From positions 292,457 to 356,456 of the forward strand of contig QPMI01000104.1 in assembly GCA_004431415.1 (NCBI GenBank): DNA of 64,000 nucleotides. Reading direction: 5' to 3'. Positions within the stretch are counted from its first letter, which is position 1, and every line of letters starts with the position of its first letter. The translations under genes were made by a program, and so were the position numbers. The DNA comes from Cyanophora paradoxa CCMP329. Lineage: Eukaryota > Plantae > Glaucophyta. This document shows positions 1 through 12,500 of this stretch, in pieces. The notes under the pieces were generated by a model. That model ran no database searches. It was not told where the DNA came from and saw nothing but the letters and a program-made list of their open reading frames with translations.

Positions 1-369
1 GCTTCAAGGCGCTACGCGCCTACTCTGTTCCCAACTGTCTAAAGCAATTGCAAGTGCTTTGGGGCGAGTTCCGAAAGTTCAAGCCAGTTGTGGGGGAGGC
101 CGGGGTGGTTGATGCTCAGAAGGGGTACGGGATATCGCGATCGATGGCGTCAGCTCCCTTGGGCTCCGTCGGATTGAAGAGCACAGGAGCGCAGGAGAGC
201 AGGAAGATGAACTAAGCAGGACTTTCCTGACCTGGGTGCACGGAATATGTAACTTTCGCGCGCGAGAATATGAAATTTTCGCGAGCCTACCCCCCCTAGA
301 AATTTTATTTGTATGGTACCGGGCGTTGTATGGCGGTGGGCCAGATTTTCCACCCGGTCGGTCGGTGGG

Positions 370-640
370 AGGCCGCCACTGCCACCGGCCGCCACCGGCC
401 CAGCCCTACGGGCCCCAACCTGGCCGGGCGCCGCGGCCGGCTGGCCCCAGCCCGGCCGCCCCACGCCGTCGACGTCCACGCCGTGACGCCGTGACGGTGA
501 CGGGCCACGGGCCACCGGCCAGTACTAGCCCAGTAGTAGCTAGGGTTACCGTCTGACGGTAATGTCGGTCCCCCAGGCTCCGACATCGACAATGTCGAAT
601 GTCAGGTGGATTTCGGTGCGATCCGACAGAGGGGGGGGGT
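370..640. mobile_element. Possible DNA-transposon terminal/subterminal sequence (two candidate ends back to back near 528/541)
   Basis: Non-coding. Short repeats GCCACCGGCC and CCGTGACG at 380-520. TAGGGTTACC at 541 is followed by the palindrome TTACCGTC-T-GACGGTAA and repeated TGTCG/CCGACA motifs, resembling hAT-type ends. No partner end or TSD found. Confidence 0.25.
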
Positions 641-707
641 AGGGGTCGTCTCCGCCGGCAGAATGCGCCATAAATTATAAATTAAGGCTTCTGGTGCTCC
701 AGGAAGT

Positions 708-1122
708 CCCTCCTCAGATCGGCGGGGCAAGGAGGGAGAGGGGGTCCAAAAGGGGGGTACCGGCGAGGGAATCGACCCCTGGCCGGGGTACGCCGGAGTT
801 GTCGGGTCCCGGGGCCGCGACCGGGGCCCGGTACGAGCCCATCAGCTGCGGATCGGTTCAGAGGGGGAAAGAGGAAAGGCGGGGCGGGCGGCTTGCGCGC
901 CTGGTCCAGGGATACGTCGGCGTCGATGCTCTCTGTACCCACCGCCGCCCCCGCCCCCCCCGCGGCCCCGCCCGCTCGCTCGAACAGCGCGTCCGCCTCC
1001 TCCGCCCTCCCCAGCGAGTACAGGACTGCCGGCGACCGAGTCAGCGGAAGGGGGCGGAGCCTCTGAGCGGCTCGGGCCGGCGCCGGGGCGGACCGCGGGC
1101 GAGGGACTCAGCGACGGGCGCG
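708..1122 (-). pseudogene. Displaced fragment of the TPR region of the Kelch-TPR-RING gene (exons plus introns)
   Basis: Reverse complement aligns by eye to 25839-26257 (shared YREHRRRRI peptide, GATGGGCTCGTACC, GATCTGAGGAGGG). No start or stop of its own. Confidence 0.85.
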
Positions 1123-1251
1123 ACCCCCGCGGCCCCCGCGGCCCCGCCCGCCCGGGCCGCCCGCTCGAACGAGGCGCAGTCGGCGCAGCGGTTCGGACCG
1201 GCGCAGAGCAGGTCGCTTCGGGGTGGTTCTCGAAGCCGAAGCCGATCAGGT

Positions 1252-2881
1252 CGAGAGCGCGAAGCCGAAGACGTCGCTGCCGGGGGAAGGAGTCGGGGGG
1301 GGGGAGGGAGGGGAGGGGGGGGGGGGGGGGGGGGGGGGGCGGGACGCGCACAGATTCTCGGCGACGCGGACGGGGCGGTAGGACTTGGGCACAACGGAGA
1401 CGTGCGGCGAGCGCTACAGGTTCCACCGCAGTGGAACCTGCGAAAGGGGGGTACCCGGGGTGTCAGGCGGGTACGGGAGGCCGGGGCAGAATGCATGGAT
1501 TAGAAAGGAAAAGTACTCGCCAGCGCGGGGCTCTTCCCGATCCGCTTTGCGATGTCCCCGATCTGTTTTTGGGGCAGCGTAAGGGGGGTACGGGTAGGAG
1601 GTAGGCGGGCGGGCGGGTAGGAGGGGGGTACGGCGCACGACGGGGTCGTCGGGCGGCTCGACGGCGTTCGGGTTGTCGGGTTGGGCGTCCAGGGGGAAGT
1701 ACGCGGTGAGCTGAGGAGGGGGTACAGTCTCAGCGTGGAGGGCGAGCAGGGGGAGGGGTACGCCGCGGACGTGGATGCCGTGCTTGGTGCAGAAGTCCAG
1801 TAGCTTCGGCTGGGCGAGGTACGGGTGCAGCTCGACCTGGGCGAGGGGTACGAGGTGAGGGAGGGGGGTACGGGATTGATCGCGGCTCGGCCCCGGCACC
1901 TGGTTCACGGCCGGATTGATGCGGGCATACGAGAGGAGCTCCTCCAGGTCCCTTATCTTAAAGTTCGACACCCCGATCGTCTGCGGGGGGTACGCTCGCG
2001 CCTCAGGAAAGGGGGCTCGGGTCTCTCCGGAGGGGGTACGCGCGCCCTGACGAGGCCGGCGTCAAAGAGGGCCTCCATCGCCTCCCACGTCTCGCGGACG
2101 GGTACGGACGCCTTCCGCATGCGGTCGTTGCCGTCCTTGGGGAACAGTCCCTCGCCCGCCGCGAACGCGATGGGCCTGCGCGGCGCGGCGGGGCGGGGCG
2201 CGCGCGTGGTCGGCCTGCGCGGCGGGGCGGGGCGGGCGGGCGGGCGAGCGAGCGGGCACCAGTGCATGAGCTACAGGTCGATGTACTTCAAGCCGAGCTC
2301 CTGCGCCGCGGTCGCTCGAGGCGCGGGACGTCCCGGCGGTCGGCCCCGGCCCCGATCGCACCTTGAGCGACCGCTCGCACGCGGGCCGCACCAGCGCGCG
2401 CTCGTGATCCGTGTTCCAGAGCTGCGCTCCGGGACCGGGCGTGAGCAACGCGCGAGAGGGAGCGCCGCCGCGGGCCGCGGGCGCGCCTTCGTGGTCACAA
2501 AGAGCTCCTCGCGCTTGATCGTCCCCTTCGGCTCGAGGGCCTCCGCCAGCACCTCGCCGACGTACGCTTCGGTCTGGTCTGCGCTCGCCCGCGCGCGGCC
2601 GGCGGGTCTCATTCAGCTCTCGCCAAGTGCGATCGGCGGAGCGGGAGGCGCACAGACTGCGGCCGTGTCGATGTGCTAACAGCACGCATCGAGCGCGGCG
2701 CGGACTGCGCTCTTCGTCAGCTCCTTCACATCCGGGCCCGCCCAAGTCCTAATGCGCAGGGTCAAAGATGCAGCGCGGGGGGCGGCGCGCGCGACGGGGA
2801 GCCAGGCTCAGCCAGCACCCGAGGCCGATGCGGGGGATGCTGGCGCCGACGCCGCTGGATAGCTTCGCACGGCTCGCACAT
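1252..2881 (-). pseudogene. Aldo-keto reductase pseudogene (inverted copy of 37923-39593)
   Basis: Same exon/intron layout as the intact copy. 2-nt deletion just after the ATG, TAG at 2676-2678 (Arg in the intact copy), TAG at 2271-2273 (Tyr of YIDLYLMHW), and last exon truncated after FGFALS. Confidence 0.9.
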
Positions 2882-3586
2882 CGCTTGCTTTCGCTTAAAT
2901 ACCTGTACCCCACTGCCGCGTGTCCCCCGGGTTCGTGCTGAGCTTCATGTGGTTCGGCCAGCTGTGACGCGCCGGTGCCTTCGACCATAGAGCTCTAGAC
3001 GTACTCCAGGTGCGCTCATAGCCACCCGCCCGTGTTCGTTACGGCCGCCCGTCCAGCTGATCGCATCATTCGGTTTCGCTCGCGAGCAGTTTGGGGTTTC
3101 AGCGTGCTTGTAGTTGCGTTCAAAGAGCCCAGCTAACTCGGCGGCGCATTCCGTGTCCGGCGAGTCGTCATCGGCGCGGCGCCCCTGCAGCGGCCGCGGC
3201 TCGCGATCGGCCGGCACTGGGCGGGCTGCGCAGCCTCTCGGAAACTCAATCCGAACGCTCTTGGAGGACATTTGGCTCGCCGCCCCGTCGACCGTGGGTC
3301 AGCAGCAGCGTGCAGGTCCGTGTCTGCATTCCGGCTTCAGGCGAGCAGGGTGCTTGGGTGGCTCTCTGTCTTTCGGATTAGCTACCAAAGATGCAGTCTA
3401 GCGATCGCTATCGTGTTCTCTAACGGGCGACTGACGCTGGACGTCGACGGTCTGTCTTCGTGCAAGTGCAGGCCTAGGGCTTGACTAGCTAGCTGCAGCC
3501 GCACCTGTGCCTAGCGTTCGAACCTCCTCTCAGCCTCACTGACGCACTCGCGGCCGTCCGATCGCAGCTGAAGAGCGCGGGAAGGC

Positions 3587-6500
3587 ATGGAGCTCGATCC
3601 CGCCCTTCCGGCGGCTGCTGTCGGCCTGGTCCTCGACCCCGCCAGCAACTCCGCCCCTTGGAGCAAGCTATACGCTCTGGACCAGCCTGTCCGTCTCTGT
3701 GTCAAGTGCGTCACTGCGCTGCGCTAACGCTAGCCGTTAGCGTCACTCCCGACCCGTTGCTGCTCTAGTACCGGTACCCCCGTTGCGCGCCTACTTTCCT
3801 GTGTCACCACGATCGTCCACGAACCCCCCCCCCCCCCCTCAACAACCCCCAACACCCGCCATATCATCCATTACACTACCTCAGACCCCCCCCCCCCCCC
3901 CCCCCTGCCACTCGCTTTCCTGTTCAGTGCACCTGATACCCCTACACCGGCCTGGCCCTCCCTCGCCATCCCTCCCCCCCCCTTGTCGCCCCTCCCCCAG
4001 CAAACTTCCATCCCCCCCCCTCCCCCCCCCCCCCCACCCGTCCTTTTCCCATCCCACCCACCCTCGTGCTTCCCCCGTCCCTTCTCCCCTTTCCCGCCCC
4101 CCCCTCCCCCCCCCCCCTGCCACTCGCTTTCCTGTTCAGTGCACCTGATACCCCTACACCGGCCTGGCCCTCCCTCGCCATCCCCCCCCTCCTCGCCCCT
4201 CCCTCCAGCAAACTTCCATCCCCCTGCCCCTCCCCCCGTCCTTTTCCCATCCCACCCACCCTCGTGCTTCCCCGTCCCTTCTCCCCTTTCCCGCCCCTGC
4301 GCCCCCCCCCCCCCCCCCCCCCAAGACACCCCCCCCACTCCGCCCCACCCCACTTCTTCCCCGCCTTGTCCAACCCCACCTCCTCCTCAGTGCAACTCGA
4401 TTAGTGCTTTTCTCAAGTACCCCGGGATTTTGCGGCTCATGATCATCAAGATGCCGTTGCCATACCGCTGCTGCTCCTTTGGCCCTTTCTCCGCATCCCC
4501 CCTCCCCCCCTTCCCCCCACTCCCTCCCGGAGTCGACGTCCCTGCTATTCCTTCAATTTGCCCCTCCCCCTCTCCCCTCCCCCTATCAACGCCTCACCCC
4601 CCCCCCCCGCCCCCCAGGTGCAATCATCCGCATGTGGGGTACGACACCGTTGAGGATCTTTTCAGCGAGAGGATCTGTGGGCATAGCGACGTGCCCGAAT
4701 ACGTGCAGTCGGGGCCGCAGCTTCAGCAGTTGCTCGCCCAGAGGCGCGCGGGGGCCGGGTGGAAGCTGAGGTACGGCTGCGATGGCCTGCTGGTCCTGCG
4801 CAACGTCGGCACCCCGGGCGCGAGCGTCGGCGAGAGCGGCAGCCAGCACACCAGCGCTCCTAGCAGCGAGAGGCAGTATGTCCTCCTGGAGAAACTCGGC
4901 GACGGGTGCTCGGGCAGCGTCTTCCTGGCGGCCTCCCGCGGTCCCTCGCCTCTGGGCCCGGCCTTCATGCAGCTCCGAAAGGTCGCCGTCAAGCAGATGT
5001 CGATCTCTTCGAGTTCAAATTCGACGTGCGTGCTTGACACCGTTGCTTTTCTTACCTTTCTTTAATATTTACTTTGCAGTACTTCCGAGGATCGCGTATT
5101 CGAGCAAGCAGTGCTCGAGCAGCTCCGCCGCATCCGCCTGTGGATGCTACCGACTTTTTGGGAAGAAATTGAGCCCGTCAGCCCCTCCCACCGGCTCTTT
5201 GCGATGACATACTTTGATGCCCCAAGGTGACGCTCTGAAATTAACTATCGATCGTTGATCTCGAACCGAGTATTGAGCATCGACTCGGCATCATTCAGCA
5301 TCGACGATCTCTTGACAGACAACCAAACCTTCCAACCCGAAGAGGTCACCTCGTTCCTCGAGCAGGTGAAGTTGTGCTGCTAAAGAGCATTTAAATTTGT
5401 CTATATACGTTTATTTATATAAATCTTTTGCTGCAGCTTGGACTGTTCACGCGCGCCCTAGATATGCATTATGTTCTAACCGCCCTAGATATGCATAACC
5501 TTAAAACCGTTCATCTGCTTCCTAAGCGTTTCATCGCCAGATGTGCATTCTCTTTTATCGGATCCACACGGAGTCGAACCTCATCCACTGCGACGTGTCG
5601 ACATCAAATGTACTCGTCTGGAGAGCGCCTGATGGGATCAAGCTTCCTCAGTTCGTTTGATTGTTCTTCCTCAGTGCGTTCCTCAACTGGGATCAATTTT
5701 GCTGAAAGCTGTTGTACCTGCACGCAGGTTCATGCTGGCCGACTCTGCCAACAGCGTCCAGCGCGATGACAGAGCGCAAGGAAAGAGACTCGCGCCTTTC
5801 GAGATTGTGCACCTGCGCCCTTCCAAGCTTAAGCTTGCGAAAGTACCCGCAATGCCAACTTTCATTTGCAGTTGCGCGGAAACTCTCAAACTGCTTCGGA
5901 CATGTACGGGGTCGGGACTGTGGCTCTCCAGATGCTGACCGGCGTGCCCTCGGATGCCGCAAGCGTCACCAGGCTGCTCACGTTGTTTGCCCAGTTCTGC
6001 GCTGGTTGCCTACGCAGCTGGCATCCTGATCCTGGAGACCGTCAAATTCTGGCGCGAATTGAGCAAATTCCGAAGCAGCTACGCCGCGTCTTGGCTGATC
6101 TTCTTCAGGTTCGCACTCATGGTTTTAAGCAGATGCATCGTTCGCTTACGTATACCTCATCGATATCTAGTAGCTCTCGTTAGCATTTTAATACAATCTA
6201 CTCTGATTTGAAATCATGTCGTAGGAGTCCGAGGTCCACCGGACCGCGTCGGCAGTGGCGCTGTGGAACAGTATGCATCGCGAAGATCTACGCGAGGATG
6301 GCCTCTGGAATGTTGGAGGTTGGCAGTTATGTATACTTGAGAATATTGAGATTTTATCTGTTTGATTGAAGGTTTCGGAATCAACGCCAGATTTCTTTGA
6401 TGACTCGGACTCAATCTGGGTTCGGCAGCAGGCTGAAGCCATCCGTGAGGCTCTTATCCGTGATGGCAGGCTCCAGGGCGCAATCGATGAGATTGAGCAC

Positions 6501-9500
6501 CTAAACTCCAGCTCCAGCGTCGCCCATGGCCAACCATTGGTGGGCATTCGAGTTGTTATCAGCAGTGGACACGACTACATTGATCGTCACCAAATCGTAG
6601 AGGCGATACGATGTATCGTTGGAGGGGTATGTGGTGAAACTGCATTCAATAATTCCTGAGTCATATTATTCGCAATGTTAAACTCCATATATTCAGGGAG
6701 CTTTTGGACCTGAATTCCCGTATCCGGAAGCGGAAGCATTGCCTGGCAGCACGATCGTCGATTTCAAGCTGCCCAAGACGCTTGCAGATGCACTCGCGCT
6801 GAAGTGCACCGAAAGCAGCATTAAAAAGGGCCTGCAATACTCTGGCTTCATACTGATAAAGATCCAGGGACATCCTGACATCCAAATCACCGAGAAGGGC
6901 ATCGGTCCGTGCTTCGTTTATTTAATTATGTACTGTCTGGTTTTCATTCGTTCTTGCATCGGTTGCCTGCAGACGTTCCTGCCGCGAAGAATCCGCTCGT
7001 GTTCTGGGGCTCCGCCTTTGTCCCCGCTGGCTTCCAGATGCGAATGCTCAGCGCGTTTGAGTTCTGGCAGCTGCAACCATCAGTGTGGACTGATTCGAGT
7101 GCCGCGCGGGCCGAGCCGCAGCGCATTAATGTATACTTCACGTATCTCTCGGGACTGCCCGTCAAACATCTCCGCCGATCTTTTGTGGTGCATTGATATT
7201 CCGAGCTTGAAAGCTTACTTGCAATTGCATTGAAGCCGATTCCTCGCATATGCATGCTCACAAGCGCTTCGATTGCAGGCTGTGCGAGCCGCGGATGAGA
7301 GTCAGAACTTCGATCCCGAATTTGATCCGTCCACTGCCTCTCGGGATGTTATCATGTCGCAACTGCGCGATGGGTACAAGAAAGCTGGCATGGATCCGAA
7401 TTCACGTGCGCCGATTCTCGGCTGGAAGATTCAATGATTGATGGCTACCGCTGAAACGCCTTGACCATGCCTCAGGCATCGACACGTTTCGTTTGCAGAC
7501 GCGAGACCAGTTGGCACAGTTGTACAAGCAGTGTGGAGGAGAAAGACTTACGAATTTCGGGAAAATCACAAAGCGAGATCTCACAAATCGCGTGATTGAC
7601 GTCTTGTTCGGCTCAAGATCTGGAACCATTGAGGTCTGAATCAATATCGCTGTGTACTTATACATCATGTTTTGAATCTCCCTGCAGCAGCCGCGTGCAG
7701 GAGATCTAGAGGCTTCTCCTAGCCCGAGGCCTTCTGGACTTCCGAACCGAGCGAAGTCGAAGTCAATGTTGAGCCAGCTTATCCGGAAAGCGTTGGTTCA
7801 GGTTGGAGACACGCTTGAGCTGCGAGGGTGCACGTGCATGGTAGGGCTCAGAATTCATTATAGCTGAGTCATACTTTCGCAGATTTGTCTAAATTTAACT
7901 TCCGCAGGTCCTCGAGCATGGGCGCGTCAAATTTGTGGATAAGGACGGTGCGACTCACACATCGACTGGAGCAGCTTGGGCCAAGTCGGTCCTCAAGGAA
8001 GCCGGCGCCAAAACCGTACCCCACACAGCCCTGAAGCAGGCGTTTGTGTACCCCGCCGCTGGAGGCGCGCCCATTTCTCTCGCTTCTCTGTACCAGGCGA
8101 CATCGGCTCAAGACAAGATGTTGGAGATCAGCGGCTCGAGCTCAGTTCCGGCAGCTATAGCCATGGACGCTGAGGGGTCTCTGCAGGAAGTTATTCGTCC
8201 AGCGCAGGGTGTGTGGTGTTTGTTTGCATCAATATTCATCCATCTGTTTGCACCTCAAAGGGGATGCAGCATTTGACGTCAAGGAGGAACGGATGGTTGT
8301 GAAAGAAGATACCGCAGCTGCAGCCGAGCCCAAGCCCGAGGAGTTTGAAACAGAGACGGATGATGATGAGGAGATCGATCTGAACAACCCTTTGGTGCGC
8401 GCGCTCATATGCTTGCGTCTATCTGTCGGTTCTCTTTACGTTCTCTTTTACATGTGTTAATATATAAAACCCTTCTTGACGACTGCATTTCGCAGAGTGC
8501 AGCAGTGCGCCTCATGATTCCGCTGGGAAAACTCGACAAGGAGGCTCGATTGCGCCTGCTTGAGCGGCTCAAGGGTGCATGCGGAAAACAGGTTTGCACG
8601 CTCGCCGACCTGTGCAATGAGGAGGCCTTGGGGGTCGCGTTCGACGAAATGGTGTCAGCCGGGTCGATGCTGAGCGTGCTCTCGCAGGCGGTCTGGTGCG
8701 AAATGACACATAATCGCAATTACTTATATATATATATAAATGCATGATAACCGATCGCTACGTTTCAGGGGCGGCTCGGTGAGCGAGGTGGCTCTAGAGG
8801 AAATCGTCCTATCTAAGCTAAGGATATGTGATGGAGACTTGGAGAAGCTCCTCATTGGATTTGGAGCCCAAGCAAAGCAGCTTATTGCAGAATTCGGGAT
8901 TTCAACTGGAAGTATGGGTGCCAAAACATCCGTGCGCCTCCTGTTGTTCTGGGGTGTTGGGTAGATTGCTTGTCATGAAGTCCGCACATAATCTCTCCTC
9001 GCTCACCGTTGCAGACAATGCGAGGCTATCTGTCTGAAGTCCTGAGAGCAATCTCTGACTCCGGCAAGAGACTTACAACCACTTTGTTTGATGACGTGGC
9101 GGCAACAATTCTGGCGCACACGCTGCAATTGGATATCCATGTATTCTCCCGGGTCCGTTCTCTTCTTACCCACTGTACATGTCTTGCTTTCCAACTTTTT
9201 CTGCTCTTAAAGACGGTCACAGAATGCAAATCGCGCAGTCTCCGTGAAGAGCTTTGAGACTGGAACAGAAGGATTGAAAATTCTCAGCAATCGTCATGTG
9301 GTCATCTTGGCACAGAAGAGGCTGAAAAACCGTCTCGAGTACGCTCTCTATCGGGCAAAGAATGTTTTCCAGGATGGTGCGCATGAAGTTTTTGTTTGAC
9401 TTGAATTCGACTTTTCAGAACTCAAAATGCATTCCACAGATGAGTTTGTTGATAGGGTCTCGATAAGCACTATGGAATCTCACGCGACCGCAGCGCATGT

Positions 9501-12500
9501 TCAGAAAGAAGACTTTAAATGGGGTGCGCTTGCACCTTCAAAATTTCCTCTAAATAGTCGACTGATCAGACACTCAGATGTAAAGCAAGGTCCGCGCCTG
9601 GATCACAGTAATCCAGATGATCCTGCAACGCTGGAGGTATGTAATCCTTGCAATCTTTGTCGTCCAACACGTTAGTGAATTGAAGAAATCCGACCGCTCA
9701 GACCCGTATCTCTGAAGATAGAACGCAATTTGTGCTGGTTCGCATAAGTAACCGAACGGGAGTGGAAGAGATCATTGGAACGCAGCCAGTTCTCCGTAAG
9801 CGGCAGAAAAAGATGACGACGGCTTTGGATGCTGCATGCATCCGGGACTACTTGCGTGAACTGCTCCAACTTGATTCTCAAAGCATTGGTGTGCAACGCC
9901 TATCAAAGCTTCATCTGCAATGCTAATCATTTGTTCAGGGCAAGAGAGAGTGTTTGACCTCGTCCAGAAGTTGAAGGACGAGGCGATGGATGTTTTCTCG
10001 TGTGGAAAAGGCACTGGTGCAGAGAATTACGTCGAAAACGCCGAGAATATTCGAGAGATTGTGCGTTCCCGTTTTGATGCAAGCGATCGTTGACATCGTG
10101 TATTGATGCGAGCGGCAGTTGACGAGCGGCATGGCAGGCCCCAACTCACCCATTGCCGAACTCATGCTGCTTCGCGTTTTCTTGGTGGGTTACACGAAGT
10201 CTGGTATGCTCTCGCGCTCAATGCTGTGAACTCTCGAATTATGCCTAGCGTGACTTTTACGAAGGCAAATCAACGTTGCTGTCGAGCCTTCTGTACAGCG
10301 GCATGCCTTCCGCGGAAAAGTATTCTCGCTTGATTGGCAGAGTCAAAGAAGTTTTGGGGGAACGCATCTGCTGGCACCCCGCCACATCTGACGTGCGCAT
10401 GCGCTTCAATCTAGATATAGAGATCGCAAGAGATGATACAACCGCAGTTTTATGGCTTCGTGAGTGGCGCGACGCTGCCGGATGACCATGAGCAGAAGAT
10501 GAGAGCGCTGGAGGAAGTCGGCTTCAAGGCAGCGGCTGCAGCGGCGGCAGCCAGTATATCTATTAGAAGTGCAGACGTTGATGGCGATTCCAGCTTCATG
10601 TGGCAGCTCATGCAGAAGCTCGAGGAGCGGGCCGGACCCGCATTGAAGGACAAGTTCGTCCGCGGCGTTCTTCTTCCCGCAATGGACGTGAACGCAACAA
10701 CAAGGTGGGGCACCTTGCGATCTCAACGTAATCGTTGATCGTGATCTGACTTCACTTAATTTGCTTGAACAGTGTGTCCGTCTTCGCCAAGCTGTCCCCC
10801 TTCCCGTACTGCATCGTCTCCTTCATCACCGAGGCCGAGCACGAGAGAATCAAGGTGGAGGCGTTGGAAGCGCTAGACAACATTCAGCAAAAGAAGAAGG
10901 CGAATACGAAAGGGCGCGGGAAGCGCTCCATGTACGACGCCGAAGATTTAGATGAAGCCGAGGGAGAGCCCGGATCTGCTGATCAACATGAGGAGAAAGT
11001 TCTGCATGCTCTCTCGATGGTGGGCAAGGAGGGTCTCGTCAACGCACAGGGCAAAGGCTACGACCAGATCACGTGAGTGGAACTTTCGCTACGTTATAGT
11101 ACATCTTCAGACCTTCCTCCTTACTGCTTGATAAGGCCTGCCGATCTGGAGTTCGACGAAGAGATCGCCGAGATGAAGCGCCTCTACGGACGCAACCTGA
11201 TCTATGTTCCAGGTGATTTGGTCGCTCCGTCTGGCACTGAACGACGGTGTCTGACGATGTCTGACTTTTTTTATTGTGCAGGGACCGAGAGTCGGGATGA
11301 CGCCCTGTTCAGCCTCCAGAAGACGCTCGGCCTCTTCACCACGAACGGGATTCGCAGCTGCTGGGGTCTCGTCAAGAGCGCCGAGTTTGGAGTGCCAAGC
11401 AAAGCATGCGACGGTTTTCTCTTCGTCAGTTCCACCCTTTGCCCGAAATTTCGGCCCCTCTGACGCAATTATGTTTTTCTCAGTGCGATTGCGTTGGCTC
11501 TAGCAGGATTGATACCGTCAGAAGGGCAGCTGCGGCGCATTCGGAGTCAGGCGGAGAGATCGACGTCCTGCTTCACGTTGTGGTCCATCAGAACACGCCG
11601 TCAGATGTCTTCCCCGATCTGAATGGCCCTATCCGCGCTCTCATCCTGAATCCTGAAGACCACGCGGTGAGGCTACATCGCAGCCCGCAACCCCTAATAT
11701 AACGTCCGTGCATGCACTGCGGCAGGTCGTGTTGGCCTACGATGCTCGCAACGGGAAATCGTCGAAGGGAGAGATCTCCGAAGAATACGCGAAGACGCTG
11801 GAGTCCGAGGTGGAGCAGCGCGTCATAAACACCGAGTGGCGACCGCGGGTCTCCGAAATGATTCCAGATGTTGAAGAAGGCGCCACAGACAAAGACGCCC
11901 CCCACATCGACGAGGAAGCAATGTGCGAGCCCCTATGATCACCTTAATTGGACATGCGAGCCTACGTATACGTAGTTTTAATGCAAATGGTTCCACAGAA
12001 TGAAACGTTTTTTCTTCGTCCCTTACTGCGCCGCACCATCATTCATGAAGGCGCAAGCAAAGGGCACTGGAGAGGATCCGGATGACAAATTGGAGAAGCC
12101 CAGGCTTGCTGCGCTCTGCCAGAAACTTCGAGATCTGCATGCCGACATCGCCCGGCGCCGCGTGCGCAAACGATTTCAAGACGAAATATAATCCAATGTC
12201 ATTCAGAGCTTTCGCCTCCTCTATCACGTGCGTTCTGAACATTCCATTGCATCTGCACCTTGCACATTTAATTAATTTGCGATCCATTTAACTTAAGAAG
12301 TTCACATGACACTGCAGAGCATCACACTGCAGACGCAGCCCTTCTCCGCAGAAGACCGCCGGCGAATCGATCAAGAACTCCAGCAGGCAGAGAGGCGGCT
12401 GCGCGAGACAGTGCAAGCGTTAAAGAATTTGGGCTTCCGGGAGCTCTACGACGCGATCGAGCTCTGCGAGGAGCGCATCCGTTCCCTCGTCCTCGGTGCC

